Below, in pieces: positions 38,345 through 48,458 of a stretch of DNA of 64,000 nt. The DNA is from Spirochaetia bacterium (lineage in GTDB: Bacteria; Spirochaetota; Spirochaetia; DSM-2461). The DNA lies in the NCBI GenBank assembly GCA_963668315.1, contig OY764216.1, positions 2,464,001 to 2,528,000 of the forward strand, given 5' to 3'. Both the position numbers and the translations under genes were made by a program. The first letter of the stretch is position 1. Each line of letters opens with the position of its first letter. A model generated the notes under the pieces. The model had not been told where the DNA came from. It did not search any database and saw only the letters and a program-made list of their open reading frames with translations.

Positions 38345-38427
38345 TGGGAGACTGTTTATTATCAATAGCCATCAGAGGAGAGGTCGTCGGCTGGTATGAT
38401 GCCGATCCTACCCCTTGCCCCTTCGTA

Positions 38428-39291
38428 TCAGTTTTTAAGCCCCGTCATGACAATTCCCTCCACGAAATATTTCTGTCCTATCAGGTAGAACACAACACCC
38501 GGAACGAAGGACATGCAGGTGGCACACATAATTTTGGACCAGTCCGCTTTGAGGGAACCCTTGAACTGGGATAATCCCAGGGCTATGGTAAAATTTTCCG
38601 CTCTGTTTATATAGATAATCTGCTGGAGAAGATCGTTCCAGAGCATGATAAACAGCAGCAGGGCGATAACGATCATGGCAGCCTTGATGGCGGGCATGAT
38701 GATGGTGAAGAGGATGCGGAGGGGGCCCGCCCCGTCGATGGTCGCCGCCTCGTCCAGTTCGCGGGGAATTGTTTTGATAAACTGCCGGATAAGGAAAATG
38801 TTGAACGCGCCTCCCCCGCAGAAATGGGGCAGAATCAGCGGCCAGTAGGTATCGTAAAGCCTGAGTCCCCGGGTCCACATAATGTACAGGGGGACCAGCG
38901 TCACCATGGTGGGCAGCAGCATGGATCCCACGCACAGGGTGAAGAGTATCTTCTTGAAGGGAAAATTCAGCCGGGCGAAGGCATAGCCTCCCAGCGTGGC
39001 TGTGAATGTTCCCCCCAGCACAGCGGGAACGATGATTTTCATGGTATTGAGGAAGTATTTTCCGAAGGGGAAGTTATCCAGGGTCGCCGGATAGTTGGAG
39101 AAGCGCCACTTTCCGGGAAGGAAGGCCGGCGGATAGGCATAGAGCTCCGCATTGGTCATCAGGCTGGAACGGAACATCCACCATATGGGCAGGATGACCA
39201 GAAATGCCAGAAGGGAGAGAATCAGGGCCGTGAGGCCTGAGGAGAGATGTTCCCTGCGGATCAGGGAGGGTAAGGTTCTGCCGTGCATCAT
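38428..39291 (-). CDS. carbohydrate ABC permease (MalG type)
   Basis: GYAFARL, IPRELDEAATIDGA EAA loop. Confidence 0.93.
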   Translation of the reverse strand: MMHGRTLPSLIRREHLSSGLTALILSLLAFLVILPIWWMFRSSLMTNAELYAYPPAFLPGKWRFSNYPATLDNFPFGKYFLNTMKIIVPAVLGGTFTATLGGYAFARLNFPFKKILFTLCVGSMLLPTMVTLVPLYIMWTRGLRLYDTYWPLILPHFCGGGAFNIFLIRQFIKTIPRELDEAATIDGAGPLRILFTIIMPAIKAAMIVIALLLFIMLWNDLLQQIIYINRAENFTIALGLSQFKGSLKADWSKIMCATCMSFVPGVVFYLIGQKYFVEGIVMTGLKN

Positions 39292-40211
39292 TAGTCATCT
39301 CCTTCATAGAAAATCCAGCTTTTGCTGGTGGCGAAAAGCAGCAGGGTGAAGGCCGCGATTATCACAAAGAATACCGTGGAAAGGGCGCAGGCGTATCCGA
39401 GGCGGTTGCTTATGAAGGCATAGCGGTACATCAGGAATGTCAGAAAGGTGGAAGACGTTCCCGGCCCGCCGTTGGTCAGGGCCAGGGCGGGGGTCACGAT
39501 CTGCATATTCGTTATCAGCGCCATCAGCAGATTGTAGAAGATAATGGGCGTCATACAGGGCAGGGTAATATGGATAAGACGCTGCCAGGTGTTGGCCCCG
39601 TCGATCTCGGCCGCTTCATGATAGGTCCTGGGGACGTTTTGAAGTCCCGCCAGGAAAATGACGATAAGGTTCCCCGAAAGCCAGACGGCTATGAGCGCCA
39701 GGGACGGGAGAACCAGTTTCGGATCGGCAATGAAACTGACTTTATTCATCCCCAGGAGTGTCAGGAAATAGTTGAACAGGCCGAAATTCGCCTCGTACAG
39801 CCAGGACCAGCCGATATATACCGCCATGGCCGGAAGGACATAGGGCAGATAGAATACGGCCCTGAAAAATCCCCGGGCCGGCACTTTCCTGTTCAGGAGC
39901 ATGGCGATAAAGAGAGAATAGATCAGACTGCCTATGACGGCAATAATGGAAAAATACACCGTAATCACTACGGAATCTTTGAAATAGGGATCAAAGGTAA
40001 ACAGACGGATGTAGTTCTCAATTCCCGTAAACCGGGGTGTCGGCGCCCCTTTTCCCCATTTGAAGAGACTCAGGATAAACACGCTGATCAGGGGCAGGTA
40101 GGTTATGAAAATCAGACCTATCAGCGAAGGAAAAAGGCAGATGAAGGCGGCTCTGCGCTCCTGCCTTATCATGCTGTCTCTGGATTGGATTCCCCTGGGG
40201 GAAAATAACAT
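39291..40211 (-). CDS. carbohydrate ABC permease (MalF type)
   Basis: FRAVFYLP, LAGLQNVP...EAAEIDGA. Confidence 0.93.
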   Translation of the reverse strand: MLFSPRGIQSRDSMIRQERRAAFICLFPSLIGLIFITYLPLISVFILSLFKWGKGAPTPRFTGIENYIRLFTFDPYFKDSVVITVYFSIIAVIGSLIYSLFIAMLLNRKVPARGFFRAVFYLPYVLPAMAVYIGWSWLYEANFGLFNYFLTLLGMNKVSFIADPKLVLPSLALIAVWLSGNLIVIFLAGLQNVPRTYHEAAEIDGANTWQRLIHITLPCMTPIIFYNLLMALITNMQIVTPALALTNGGPGTSSTFLTFLMYRYAFISNRLGYACALSTVFFVIIAAFTLLLFATSKSWIFYEGDD

Positions 40212-40235
40212 GGAAAACCTCCCGTTTGTATACTT

Positions 40236-40274
40236 GACCGGGGAGAGCGGAAAGCCGTCCCCGGTCTTTTTTTT
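40236..40274. terminator. intercistronic hairpin downstream of the binding-protein gene
   Basis: GACCGGGGA...TCCCCGGTC with T8 on the + (non-coding) strand; probably stabilises the mRNA. Confidence 0.55.
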
Positions 40275-40294
40275 AGATAGTCAGGTTCTTAAGA

Positions 40295-41644
40295 TCAGCC
40301 ACCGAATTGATAGGCTGCTTCCAGGGCCTTGTAGCCTTCGCCTATGGCTTCTTTTGCCGTCTTGGTTCCGCCCCATACATCGCCCAGAAGTGAACCGAGC
40401 AGAGCGTTGAAGTCTACCGTATTATTCACGTAGTACCAGGAAGTGGAACGGGAATTATCCATGGCGTAGTCAACCACGGCCGATTTGTAATCGTCATAAT
40501 CGGGGAAGTTGGGATTTCCCGCCCATTTTTTCGTCAGCGATTCATCGGTATACCATTTCTCGAGAACGGGCATCCAGATACCCGACTCTATCAATCCCCA
40601 GCTGTTCTCTTCCTGGGCGTACCATTTGATCCATTCCATGGCTTCCTCGGGATGTTTGCTCTGGCTGAAGACAACGTTGGGACCGCCCGTACAGATGGTT
40701 ACTTTCTCCTTCATGTAGGGCAGAACGGCAACACCGTAGTTAAGTCCTTCGTCCCGGGCGGATGCCAGGCAGGTTCCCACGTTCCAGGCGCCGCCCGTGG
40801 CCATGGCGCAGGTCCCGGCAATCAGGGATCTCTGGAGTCCGTCATCGGTCATTCCCATGGAGAGGGGAGCGATTTTGTCGACCAGGTAGAGATCGGCGAC
40901 TTTCTGAATGGCTTCCACCGCGGCAGGATTGTTGATGGTTACAGCGCTTCCGTCGGCATTGTAGAATCCGCTGCCGTTACTCAGGCACCATACTTCCAGC
41001 TGCCAGGTCAGGTTCTCCACCATGGCGCCGTACTGGACGATGTTGTTCGAATCGAAAACGGGGGACGATGCGTTATTTCCGTTTACGTCCAGAGTCAGCT
41101 TTTTCCCCGCTTCCACAAATTCATCCCATGTCCAGGCATTGTCCGCATCGGCGGGAGGATAGGCGAGGCCGGCCGCATCAAACATATCTTTGTTGTAGTA
41201 AAGCAGAAGGATCTCATTGGCTGCCGAATAGGCAACGGGGGTCCCTTTGTATTTGAAGGTGACCGATTCGAGAGGTTTGGACTCGCCCGTGCCGTACATG
41301 GAGGAGACATCCTGAAGCAGGCCGTTTTCGGCGAACTGCAGAACTCCCGCTTCATTCATAATTCCGCAGTCGGGCAGACTTTTTGCCGTGGCCAGGGTAT
41401 TGAGCTTGGTGACGTAAGTTTCATGGGGTATGGCCATGACTTCCACCACGGAACGGTCCTGGCTGCTGTTGAAGGTGTCGGCCACGGCCTGGACGGCCTT
41501 TGCTTCATCCGGGGTTCCCCAGAAGGAGTAGGTGATTTTTACCGGACCCTGGTCCTTATCTCCCGACTCGGCGGAACCATTGGCGAAAAGACTCAATACC
41601 ATTGAAAGTGCGGCGACTAACATGAGCATTGCTTTTTTCTTCAT
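40295..41644 (-). CDS. sugar ABC transporter substrate-binding protein
   Basis: LFANG signal, LYYNKDMFDAAG, WTWDEF. Confidence 0.93.
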   Translation of the reverse strand: MKKKAMLMLVAALSMVLSLFANGSAESGDKDQGPVKITYSFWGTPDEAKAVQAVADTFNSSQDRSVVEVMAIPHETYVTKLNTLATAKSLPDCGIMNEAGVLQFAENGLLQDVSSMYGTGESKPLESVTFKYKGTPVAYSAANEILLLYYNKDMFDAAGLAYPPADADNAWTWDEFVEAGKKLTLDVNGNNASSPVFDSNNIVQYGAMVENLTWQLEVWCLSNGSGFYNADGSAVTINNPAAVEAIQKVADLYLVDKIAPLSMGMTDDGLQRSLIAGTCAMATGGAWNVGTCLASARDEGLNYGVAVLPYMKEKVTICTGGPNVVFSQSKHPEEAMEWIKWYAQEENSWGLIESGIWMPVLEKWYTDESLTKKWAGNPNFPDYDDYKSAVVDYAMDNSRSTSWYYVNNTVDFNALLGSLLGDVWGGTKTAKEAIGEGYKALEAAYQFGG

Positions 41645-41712
41645 AACTAATATCTCCCTTTGCGATATATCGCAGACAAATCAACAAGCGAGTTGTTGGA
41701 TTTTCCTTATGG

Positions 41713-43632
41713 TTATAATTTGACCTTCTGCCAGACAATCATCTCTCCGGGCGTTCTGTTGCACCAGAGACAGTAGGGCAGGGCCTTCAGTTTAAGTGGC
41801 TCCCAGTGCCAGTCCGGTTTTCCGTAAAGGCTTTCCACGGAATTTTTCAGACGGTATCCTTCATAGCTGAGTCTGGGGATATCGCCGGGCAGGCTGTCGG
41901 AAGGTTCTTCCTGGGAAACGGGATTCCGGGGATCAATGAAGATCTCCGACAAAATCGCTCCGTTATCCATCTCTTCAAGGCAATAGATAAAGGGACCGTA
42001 TGCCAGGGCGGCCTTCCCCGAGTTTTCCCGGACTTCGCCGCGGGCGGCTATCCATTGAGGGGTAATGTTCAGACGGATTACCGCTTCTTCCCCGCTCTTC
42101 AGTTCCAGGCAGTAATAGTCCTTCTCTCCCGCAAAGGGCTTCTCTTCGTCCCCCCGTTCTATTGTCCCATCTTCTCCGTAGGAGGGGATACGGATTTTCA
42201 GTCTGGCCGGTCCGTCAGCCCTCAATCTGACGGTGCCTTTTCCCAGAAGGTCGGCATCCATTTTCAGGGAGAAACCCAGACTGTCCTTCAAGTCTATTTC
42301 GGAGGAAATGAAAAGGTGGATGCAGAGCGTGTCCTCCTCCAGGGCAAAGATGTATTGTCCCAGGGATGAGAGGGTCCGGGCTATGTTAGTGGGGCAGCAG
42401 GCTACATCAAACCACCTCTGCCTGACCGGTTTTACATGATCCAGCGACGTGGAGGGGAGGCAGTTCTCCGGCCAGACTTCCAGGGGATTCACATAGAAGT
42501 ATTTCTCTCCGTCCGCATTGATCCCGGCGAGAACCGTGTTGTAGAGGGCTCTTTCCACCCCTTCGTAATACCGGGCCTCCCCCGTGAGGGAAGCCATCCG
42601 CTGACCGAACATCATCAGTCCGACCGATGCACAGGTCTCGCTGTAGTTCCGATCGTTGGGCAGGTCATAATCTGCGGTAAACCGTTCGAGAAAACCGGAA
42701 GAACCCAGTCCGCCCGTTACATACATCCTTTTTTCCGTTACATTCCGCCAGAGGGTTTCCGTTGTCCGGCGAAAGGGCCCGTTTTTCTCCTCCAGGGCCA
42801 GATCGGCCATGGCGGCACTCATATACATGGCCCGGACGGCATGACCATCCATCGTCGTCTGTTCGGCCGGGGCCATATGGGCCTGTGAGTATTTAAGATC
42901 GTAATTTCTGAATTCCGGGAAGAGAAACTCCCCGCCGCGGTCTTCAATTTCTTTGAGAAGATAGCTGGGTTTTCTGCCCCGCTCCTCCAGAAAGTAGCGG
43001 GCCCTGTTCAGATAGTTCTCATCACCCGTAGTCCTGTACAGTTTCATCAGGGCCAGTTCTATTTCCTGGTGTCCCGGATATCCGGGAATCTGCCCCTCGC
43101 CCTTTCCGAATGTCCGGCAGATCAGATCGGCCATTCTGCAGGAGACATCAAGCAGTTTCTTCCTTCCCGTCGCCTGAAAGTAGGCCACGGCCGCTTCAAT
43201 CAGATGGCCGGCGCAGTATAATTCATGACCCTCCAGAAGGTTGGACCACCGTTTTTCCGGCTCTGCAATGGTGTAATATGTGTTGATATATCCGTCTTCC
43301 TGCTGGGCTCCGGCGATAAGCTCCACAACGCTCTCGGCATCCTCCAGGAAATGATCTCCCCTGCCGCCGGCGATGCAGTAGGAAACGGCTTCCAGCCATT
43401 TGTAGGCGTCGCTGTCCTGGAACACCACGCCGTAGTGTTTCCCCGTACTTCTCCCCGCGGCTATGCGGAAGTTTTCGAGGCAATGGGATTTCGCCGCATC
43501 CTCAATCCGGTCGTTCAGTACTTCCCACTGGTAAGGCAGAACGGCGGTGGAAATGAGATCGGCATAATGGGAGAAAAAAGAATCGGTGATTGATATTCGC
43601 CTATACTCTACGGTATCGTAACCCTTGTGCAT
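41713..43632 (-). CDS. glycoside hydrolase family 127 (beta-L-arabinofuranosidase-like)
   Basis: FQDSD, HELYCAGH, GHAVRA, ETCAS, CCPTN. Confidence 0.93.
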   Translation of the reverse strand: MHKGYDTVEYRRISITDSFFSHYADLISTAVLPYQWEVLNDRIEDAAKSHCLENFRIAAGRSTGKHYGVVFQDSDAYKWLEAVSYCIAGGRGDHFLEDAESVVELIAGAQQEDGYINTYYTIAEPEKRWSNLLEGHELYCAGHLIEAAVAYFQATGRKKLLDVSCRMADLICRTFGKGEGQIPGYPGHQEIELALMKLYRTTGDENYLNRARYFLEERGRKPSYLLKEIEDRGGEFLFPEFRNYDLKYSQAHMAPAEQTTMDGHAVRAMYMSAAMADLALEEKNGPFRRTTETLWRNVTEKRMYVTGGLGSSGFLERFTADYDLPNDRNYSETCASVGLMMFGQRMASLTGEARYYEGVERALYNTVLAGINADGEKYFYVNPLEVWPENCLPSTSLDHVKPVRQRWFDVACCPTNIARTLSSLGQYIFALEEDTLCIHLFISSEIDLKDSLGFSLKMDADLLGKGTVRLRADGPARLKIRIPSYGEDGTIERGDEEKPFAGEKDYYCLELKSGEEAVIRLNITPQWIAARGEVRENSGKAALAYGPFIYCLEEMDNGAILSEIFIDPRNPVSQEEPSDSLPGDIPRLSYEGYRLKNSVESLYGKPDWHWEPLKLKALPYCLWCNRTPGEMIVWQKVKL

Positions 43633-43650
43633 ACTCTTCCTTTATTTGTA

Positions 43651-43856
43651 TTAAACGTTTAAATAAAATGTAAAAATATAAACTTAGAACTTGTTCTAAT
43701 CGGCAGAAAGTTAAACGTTTAAATATTTCGATTAGTAACATATACCCCTTTTCCTGATATGTAAAGAAAAATCGGGAAAATCCCTACAAATCCCCCTTCT
43801 CGCTGATCCTTTTTCAGATAAATTACAGGGGGCAGGACTAGGAAGTTAAACGTTTA
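43651..43856. promoter_or_regulatory. three LacI-type operators plus a second palindrome in the divergent promoter region
   Basis: TTAAACGTTTAA at 43651-43662 and 43711-43722; TTAAACGTTTA at 43846-43856; TTAGAAC-TT-GTTCTAA at 43684-43699. Confidence 0.8.
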
Positions 43857-43897
43857 TCTGGTAATATCGTTCTATAATAGAATAGGTTAGGTTTCAG

Positions 43898-44935
43898 ATG
43901 GCAACAATAAGGGAAATAGCGGAAAAATCAGGCTTTTCCATTGCAACCGTTTCAAAGGTTCTTAATCATCAGGCCGGGGTGAGCCGGCAGACATGCGATG
44001 CTATCGAGAAAGTCGCCAAGAATCTTAATTACAGACCGAATCTCAGCGCCAGGAACTTAAAGACGGGAATGAGCCGTACCCTCGGAATTATCGCGGAGGA
44101 TCTGACCGTTTTCAATACGCCGGGGATCGTGGACGGGGTCGGGGTGTGCTGCGATGCCCATCGGTATCACTATATTCTGGGCAATCTTCGCTTTGATAAA
44201 AGATTCGGCCATCGGCCGGGTCTGCAAAAGGAGAAAACCGAGCTGGTCCGGGATATGCTTGATGAAATGCTCGCCAAGCAGGTCGATGGGATCCTCTACA
44301 TCGGCTGCCACAGCCATCAGGTCGCCAATCTCAAAAGGATGGGGAATCTACCCTTCGCCTGTTCCTATTCCTACAGTGAAAATCCCGAAATCCCCTCCGT
44401 TGTTTATGACGACAGATCCGCCGCCCGCTCGGTGGCCGAATTATTCCTGGCCAAAGGACATCACACGATCGGCATTATCGCGGGTGAGAAAGATTCCATC
44501 CATACGGAGAATCGTCTCCTCGGTTTTCAGGAAGCTCTCTTTGAAGGGGGGGTCCCCTATAATCCCAATCTGATAAGTTATGGGGAATGGAACCGGGACC
44601 ATGGATACCGCAGCATTGAGGCTCTTCTGGAGAAAGGGGTGACCGCCGTTTTCGCCCATAATGATCTTATCGCTCTGGGCATTATAGATTACTGCAATAA
44701 GAACAGCATCAGGATCGGACAGGATCTCGATCTTGTCGGTTTTGATGACAGGGAGATAGCCGAGGTCTGCCGTCCTTCCCTGACGACGGTTTCTCTTCCC
44801 CTGTTTGATATAGGCTATAAAGCAGCCGAAATCCTTCTGGAGGAAATTGAGGGGAAAACCCCGCCGGAGAGAAAAATCCTTCTGGAGTGCCGTATCGTGG
44901 AAAGGGATTCCACCGGTACGGCGGCGCGCTCCTGA
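43898..44935 (+). CDS. LacI family repressor
   Basis: ATIREIAEKSGFSIATVSKVLN, VGFDD, PSLTTV. Confidence 0.95.
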   Translation: MATIREIAEKSGFSIATVSKVLNHQAGVSRQTCDAIEKVAKNLNYRPNLSARNLKTGMSRTLGIIAEDLTVFNTPGIVDGVGVCCDAHRYHYILGNLRFDKRFGHRPGLQKEKTELVRDMLDEMLAKQVDGILYIGCHSHQVANLKRMGNLPFACSYSYSENPEIPSVVYDDRSAARSVAELFLAKGHHTIGIIAGEKDSIHTENRLLGFQEALFEGGVPYNPNLISYGEWNRDHGYRSIEALLEKGVTAVFAHNDLIALGIIDYCNKNSIRIGQDLDLVGFDDREIAEVCRPSLTTVSLPLFDIGYKAAEILLEEIEGKTPPERKILLECRIVERDSTGTAARS

Positions 44936-44944
44936 ATCAGCCGG

Positions 44945-45616
44945 TCAGCCGTCCAGGGTCCAGCCGTTCTTCTGCGCCAGAAGGGCTGCTTTCGTTCTGT
45001 CCCTGAGCCCCAGGGACGTCAGAATATTGGAGATATAGTTCTTCACCGTTCCTTCCGACAGATTGACTTCCCGGGATATTTCACGGTTCGTATCGCCCCG
45101 GGCCAGAAGCCTGAGTATCTCCTGCTCCTTTTCCGAGAGGCTCTGCCACAGAACCAGATGTTCTTCGCTGACCCGGGGAGCCGTTTCCCCCGCGTCTTCC
45201 AGATGGCCGATCAGATCGCCCATGATCTCCCTGTCCATCTGGTAGAGGCCCTTATGGGCCATCTGTATCGCCCGGGCCAGGTCTTCAATGGGAATGTCCT
45301 TCATGAGGTAGCCCTTGGCTCCCGCCTTGAGGGATTTGATGACGTACTCCTCATCGTCGAAGGTGGTCAGCATCAGTATGACCGCCTCGCTTCCCTTCTC
45401 CCGCAGCTGACGGGCCGCGGCGATCCCGTCCATTACGGGCATGCGGATATCCATGAGAATCACATCCGGTCTTGCTTCGTCGGCCAGGGCCAGGGCCTTC
45501 TGCCCGTTTTCCGCCGTTCCCGCGACTTCAATGCCCTCCTGCAGGGCCAGGAGGGAAGCGATGCCTTCCCTCACCAGATGCTGGTCATCCACGATAATTA
45601 CCCGAATGTCTTTCAT
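44945..45616 (-). CDS. NarL/LuxR family response regulator
   Basis: IVDD, LMDIRMP, LTTF, GYLMKD, LSEGTVKNYIS. Confidence 0.95.
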   Translation of the reverse strand: MKDIRVIIVDDQHLVREGIASLLALQEGIEVAGTAENGQKALALADEARPDVILMDIRMPVMDGIAAARQLREKGSEAVILMLTTFDDEEYVIKSLKAGAKGYLMKDIPIEDLARAIQMAHKGLYQMDREIMGDLIGHLEDAGETAPRVSEEHLVLWQSLSEKEQEILRLLARGDTNREISREVNLSEGTVKNYISNILTSLGLRDRTKAALLAQKNGWTLDG

Positions 45617-46908
45617 TTCTTCTCTCCCAGGAGGGACACCGGATCCCGGGGAACGGATGCCGAAAGGACGGTTCCCCCGCCCGGTGATGATTGCACGGTC
45701 ATACGGCCGCGGACCAGTTCAATGCGTCTTACCAGACCCATCAGGCCGTAATGGTCGGCCTCTTCGCTCCAGAGGTGTTTTTCATTCATGGTGAACCCCC
45801 GTCCGTCATCGGCCAGGGTGATCATTCCCTCTTCCTGTCCGAAAGTGACGGTTAGCTTAACTCTCCCGGGGGAGGCGTGTTTGAGAATGTTGGTCACCCC
45901 TTCCTGGACGAAGCGGTAAAGCCCCATGAGCACGGAGTAGTTGTAATCCCTCTCGCTCCCCTCAAAGGTGTAATCCACTTCTATGCCGTTCTCTTCCAGT
46001 CGCTGGACGAGAAGGGGCAGGGAATCTTTCAGGGATATGACCGCTTCCTTTCCGTTGAGTCCCTTCAGGGAGTCCCTGATGTCGCTCATGGCGTCGTCGG
46101 CCGTGGCCTTTGCCGCCTTTACGGCACGGTCCGCTTCCTCCCGGTCCACATCGGCATAGGCGATGGCCTTTGTCAGCTGGATTTTGATGGCCGTGAGCGA
46201 ATGGCCCAGGCTGTCATGGATATCCCGGGCGATGCGAGTCCGCTCTTCCAGGGCCACCGTATGGGCAATGCGTCCGGCGTACTCCCGGAGGCGGCTTTCC
46301 GATGCCCTCAGCTCTTCCATCAGCTGCCGGTTCTCTTCGGAATCTTTTTTCTGCCGGTCCAGGAGCCAGGCCAGGGCATAGAAAATGACGTAGGTGAGGG
46401 TGCGGTACATGAGAAAACCCAGCTTGACGACCTCCCAGTCTCCCGCCCCTTTGACAAGAAGTTCATAACTGAGGGAGAGAAGGACCGAGACGATCAGAAA
46501 GGCGAGGCTTACTTTCCGGGGAAAGGCGAAATAGGCGTAGAAAGGAAGAAGGCTCATCAGAATGAAGAGCTGGCTTGCATGTAAATGCCAGAAGAATTCG
46601 GGCGTGGTGATTTTCAGAAGGTAGAGAAGCACGGGCAGGAGAATAAGGCCCAGGCGGATGAAGAAGAAAATCCTCGGCTGGAGCGTTTTCTTGTAACGGT
46701 AGGACCAGCGGAGGTACTCGGTGAGTTCCATTCCGAGGAAAATCAGACAGATCAGGGCATAGGCGAGGTAATAGGCCCTGCTGTCCGGAAAACCCGGTCT
46801 TCGCGGGGGGAGCAGCAGCCCGGGGGTAAGAAAGAGGAAAAAAAGGAGGACCGTAATGAGCCTGATGCTCTCATGGAGTCCCGATTTTCTGGCGGTGGTA
46901 TCCTTCAT
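45613..46908 (-). CDS. membrane sensor histidine kinase (HisKA_3)
   Basis: About 6 TM, ERTRIARDIHDSLGH, QEGVTNILKH, DDGRG. Confidence 0.95.
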   Translation of the reverse strand: MKDTTARKSGLHESIRLITVLLFFLFLTPGLLLPPRRPGFPDSRAYYLAYALICLIFLGMELTEYLRWSYRYKKTLQPRIFFFIRLGLILLPVLLYLLKITTPEFFWHLHASQLFILMSLLPFYAYFAFPRKVSLAFLIVSVLLSLSYELLVKGAGDWEVVKLGFLMYRTLTYVIFYALAWLLDRQKKDSEENRQLMEELRASESRLREYAGRIAHTVALEERTRIARDIHDSLGHSLTAIKIQLTKAIAYADVDREEADRAVKAAKATADDAMSDIRDSLKGLNGKEAVISLKDSLPLLVQRLEENGIEVDYTFEGSERDYNYSVLMGLYRFVQEGVTNILKHASPGRVKLTVTFGQEEGMITLADDGRGFTMNEKHLWSEEADHYGLMGLVRRIELVRGRMTVQSSPGGGTVLSASVPRDPVSLLGEKK

Positions 46909-46966
46909 GATATTAAAGTATAGCAGGTCTTATTCCGGTAGTACAGGAAGAGGCGCATTTTTCCAT

Positions 46967-47001
46967 ATGACCATAGTCATGAAAGAAATGAGAATTTTCA
47001 T
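46967..47001. promoter_or_regulatory. tandem ATGAC-N4-GTCAT-type palindromes; candidate response-regulator sites
   Basis: ATGACCATAGTCAT (46967-46980) and ATGAGAATTTTCAT (46988-47001), 21 bp apart. Confidence 0.6.
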
Positions 47002-47125
47002 ATCATCTTCTTTCCCGGGACACTTCTTATTTTTTCAGGAATATGGGAGATTGGAGGAGTAATGATGCCACGGCCGAAGGATGAGTCCCTTTTCCTGAGG
47101 GCTGGACAATTTTAAGGAGTTTTCC

Positions 47126-48439
47126 ATGAATCGAAGGGTTATTTTATTGTTTCTTGTTTTTCCCGTGACGGTGGGACTCTGGGCCGAACCCGAGGTCCTG
47201 ACCATCGATAGAAGTATCGCGTCGGCCCTGGAAAACAATCTGGATTTTCAGATATCCCGCATAGATCTGGATACGGCGAAGAGGGAAGCGGATAATTCCT
47301 GGAATGTCTTCCTCCCCTCCGTGACAGCAGGAGCCGATTTGAGCGGTTCCAACAGCATAACGGAACCGGAGAGCTCCCTGACATGGACTGCCACGGGGAG
47401 CATCGGACTGAGCCTTTCTTTGACATCGTCTCTTTCGAGCACTCTGAAAGGTCTGAAGCTGGCCTATGAGGGGGAAAGCATCAGCTATGAAACAGCCCGG
47501 CTGACCCTTATCAACTCGGTGGAGAAGGATTTCTACTCCCTTCTGGCGTCCCAGGCGGATATTGAGATAGAGAAAACCAATCTGGAACTGGCTGAGAAGC
47601 GGTATGCCCAGGCCGAACGGAACTTCAGCAACGGCCTTGTCACGGAGCTCTCTGTCCTCCAGGCGAAGGTTTCCGCCGCCAATTTGAAGCCGACCTATCT
47701 CAAAGCCGTCTCCGATTATCAGATCGCCCTGCGCGAGTTCCTCTCGGCCATCGGCATGGAGCCGGAAATGGACGTTGTTCTTGACGGGTCCCTGGATGTG
47801 GAATCGGTTGCTTTTGACAGGGATAGCCTCATTGATTCTTATATCATGAACCGACGGGATATTCAGGCCCAGCAAAACCAGATAGAGGTCCTCGTTAACC
47901 AGAAGAACAAAGCCGTGGCCGGCGGGTATGTGGTTCCCTCCTTTGAGCTCTCCTCCAATCTGGCGGTACCGGTCAGCGATGCCTTAGAGAGCAGCTCATG
48001 GTCTGACCTCACCCCGTCGAAGGACTCTTTCAGCGTAGGAATCGCCCTGGAAATCCCCCTGGATAATTTCGTCCCCGGATCGTCTAAAGACGTTGAGATC
48101 AAAGGACTTGAGGACTCCGTCAAGTCCGCCCGGCTGACCCTGCAGGGAATGATCGACGATGCCCGGACGGAGATTATCAACCTGGTGGCCCAGCTGGAAA
48201 CGGCGGCGGCCCAGGTGGAGCTGGCCGAACTGAATGTGGAGCTGACCGAATCGACCTATGAGAAAAGCGAGGAGAGCTTTCAGCAAGGCGGTATGGAGCA
48301 GCTCGATCTGGAAGATGCCAAGCAGGACTATTTTTCCGCCAAGCAGGACTATCTGGAAAGTCAGTACGACTATCTGACCGGACTGATAGACCTGCGCTAT
48401 GCACTGGGCCTTGAAAACCTTGATGAATTAACAAAATAG
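47126..48439 (+). CDS. TolC-family outer-membrane efflux protein
   Basis: Signal peptide, ALENN, FLPSV, two OEP-like helical repeats; upstream of MFP/RND. Confidence 0.88.
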   Translation: MNRRVILLFLVFPVTVGLWAEPEVLTIDRSIASALENNLDFQISRIDLDTAKREADNSWNVFLPSVTAGADLSGSNSITEPESSLTWTATGSIGLSLSLTSSLSSTLKGLKLAYEGESISYETARLTLINSVEKDFYSLLASQADIEIEKTNLELAEKRYAQAERNFSNGLVTELSVLQAKVSAANLKPTYLKAVSDYQIALREFLSAIGMEPEMDVVLDGSLDVESVAFDRDSLIDSYIMNRRDIQAQQNQIEVLVNQKNKAVAGGYVVPSFELSSNLAVPVSDALESSSWSDLTPSKDSFSVGIALEIPLDNFVPGSSKDVEIKGLEDSVKSARLTLQGMIDDARTEIINLVAQLETAAAQVELAELNVELTESTYEKSEESFQQGGMEQLDLEDAKQDYFSAKQDYLESQYDYLTGLIDLRYALGLENLDELTK

Positions 48440-48458
48440 ATAAGGAGATTACCTTTCC

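Noticed and set aside
38231..38368. 45-codon plus-strand ORF after the HAD gene
   Set aside because: No RBS or motif, and it spans a terminator-like hairpin.
43684..43699. LexA (GAAC-N4-GTTC) box
   Set aside because: The spacer is 2 nt, not 4, and the context is sugar catabolism. Kept only as an unassigned operator.
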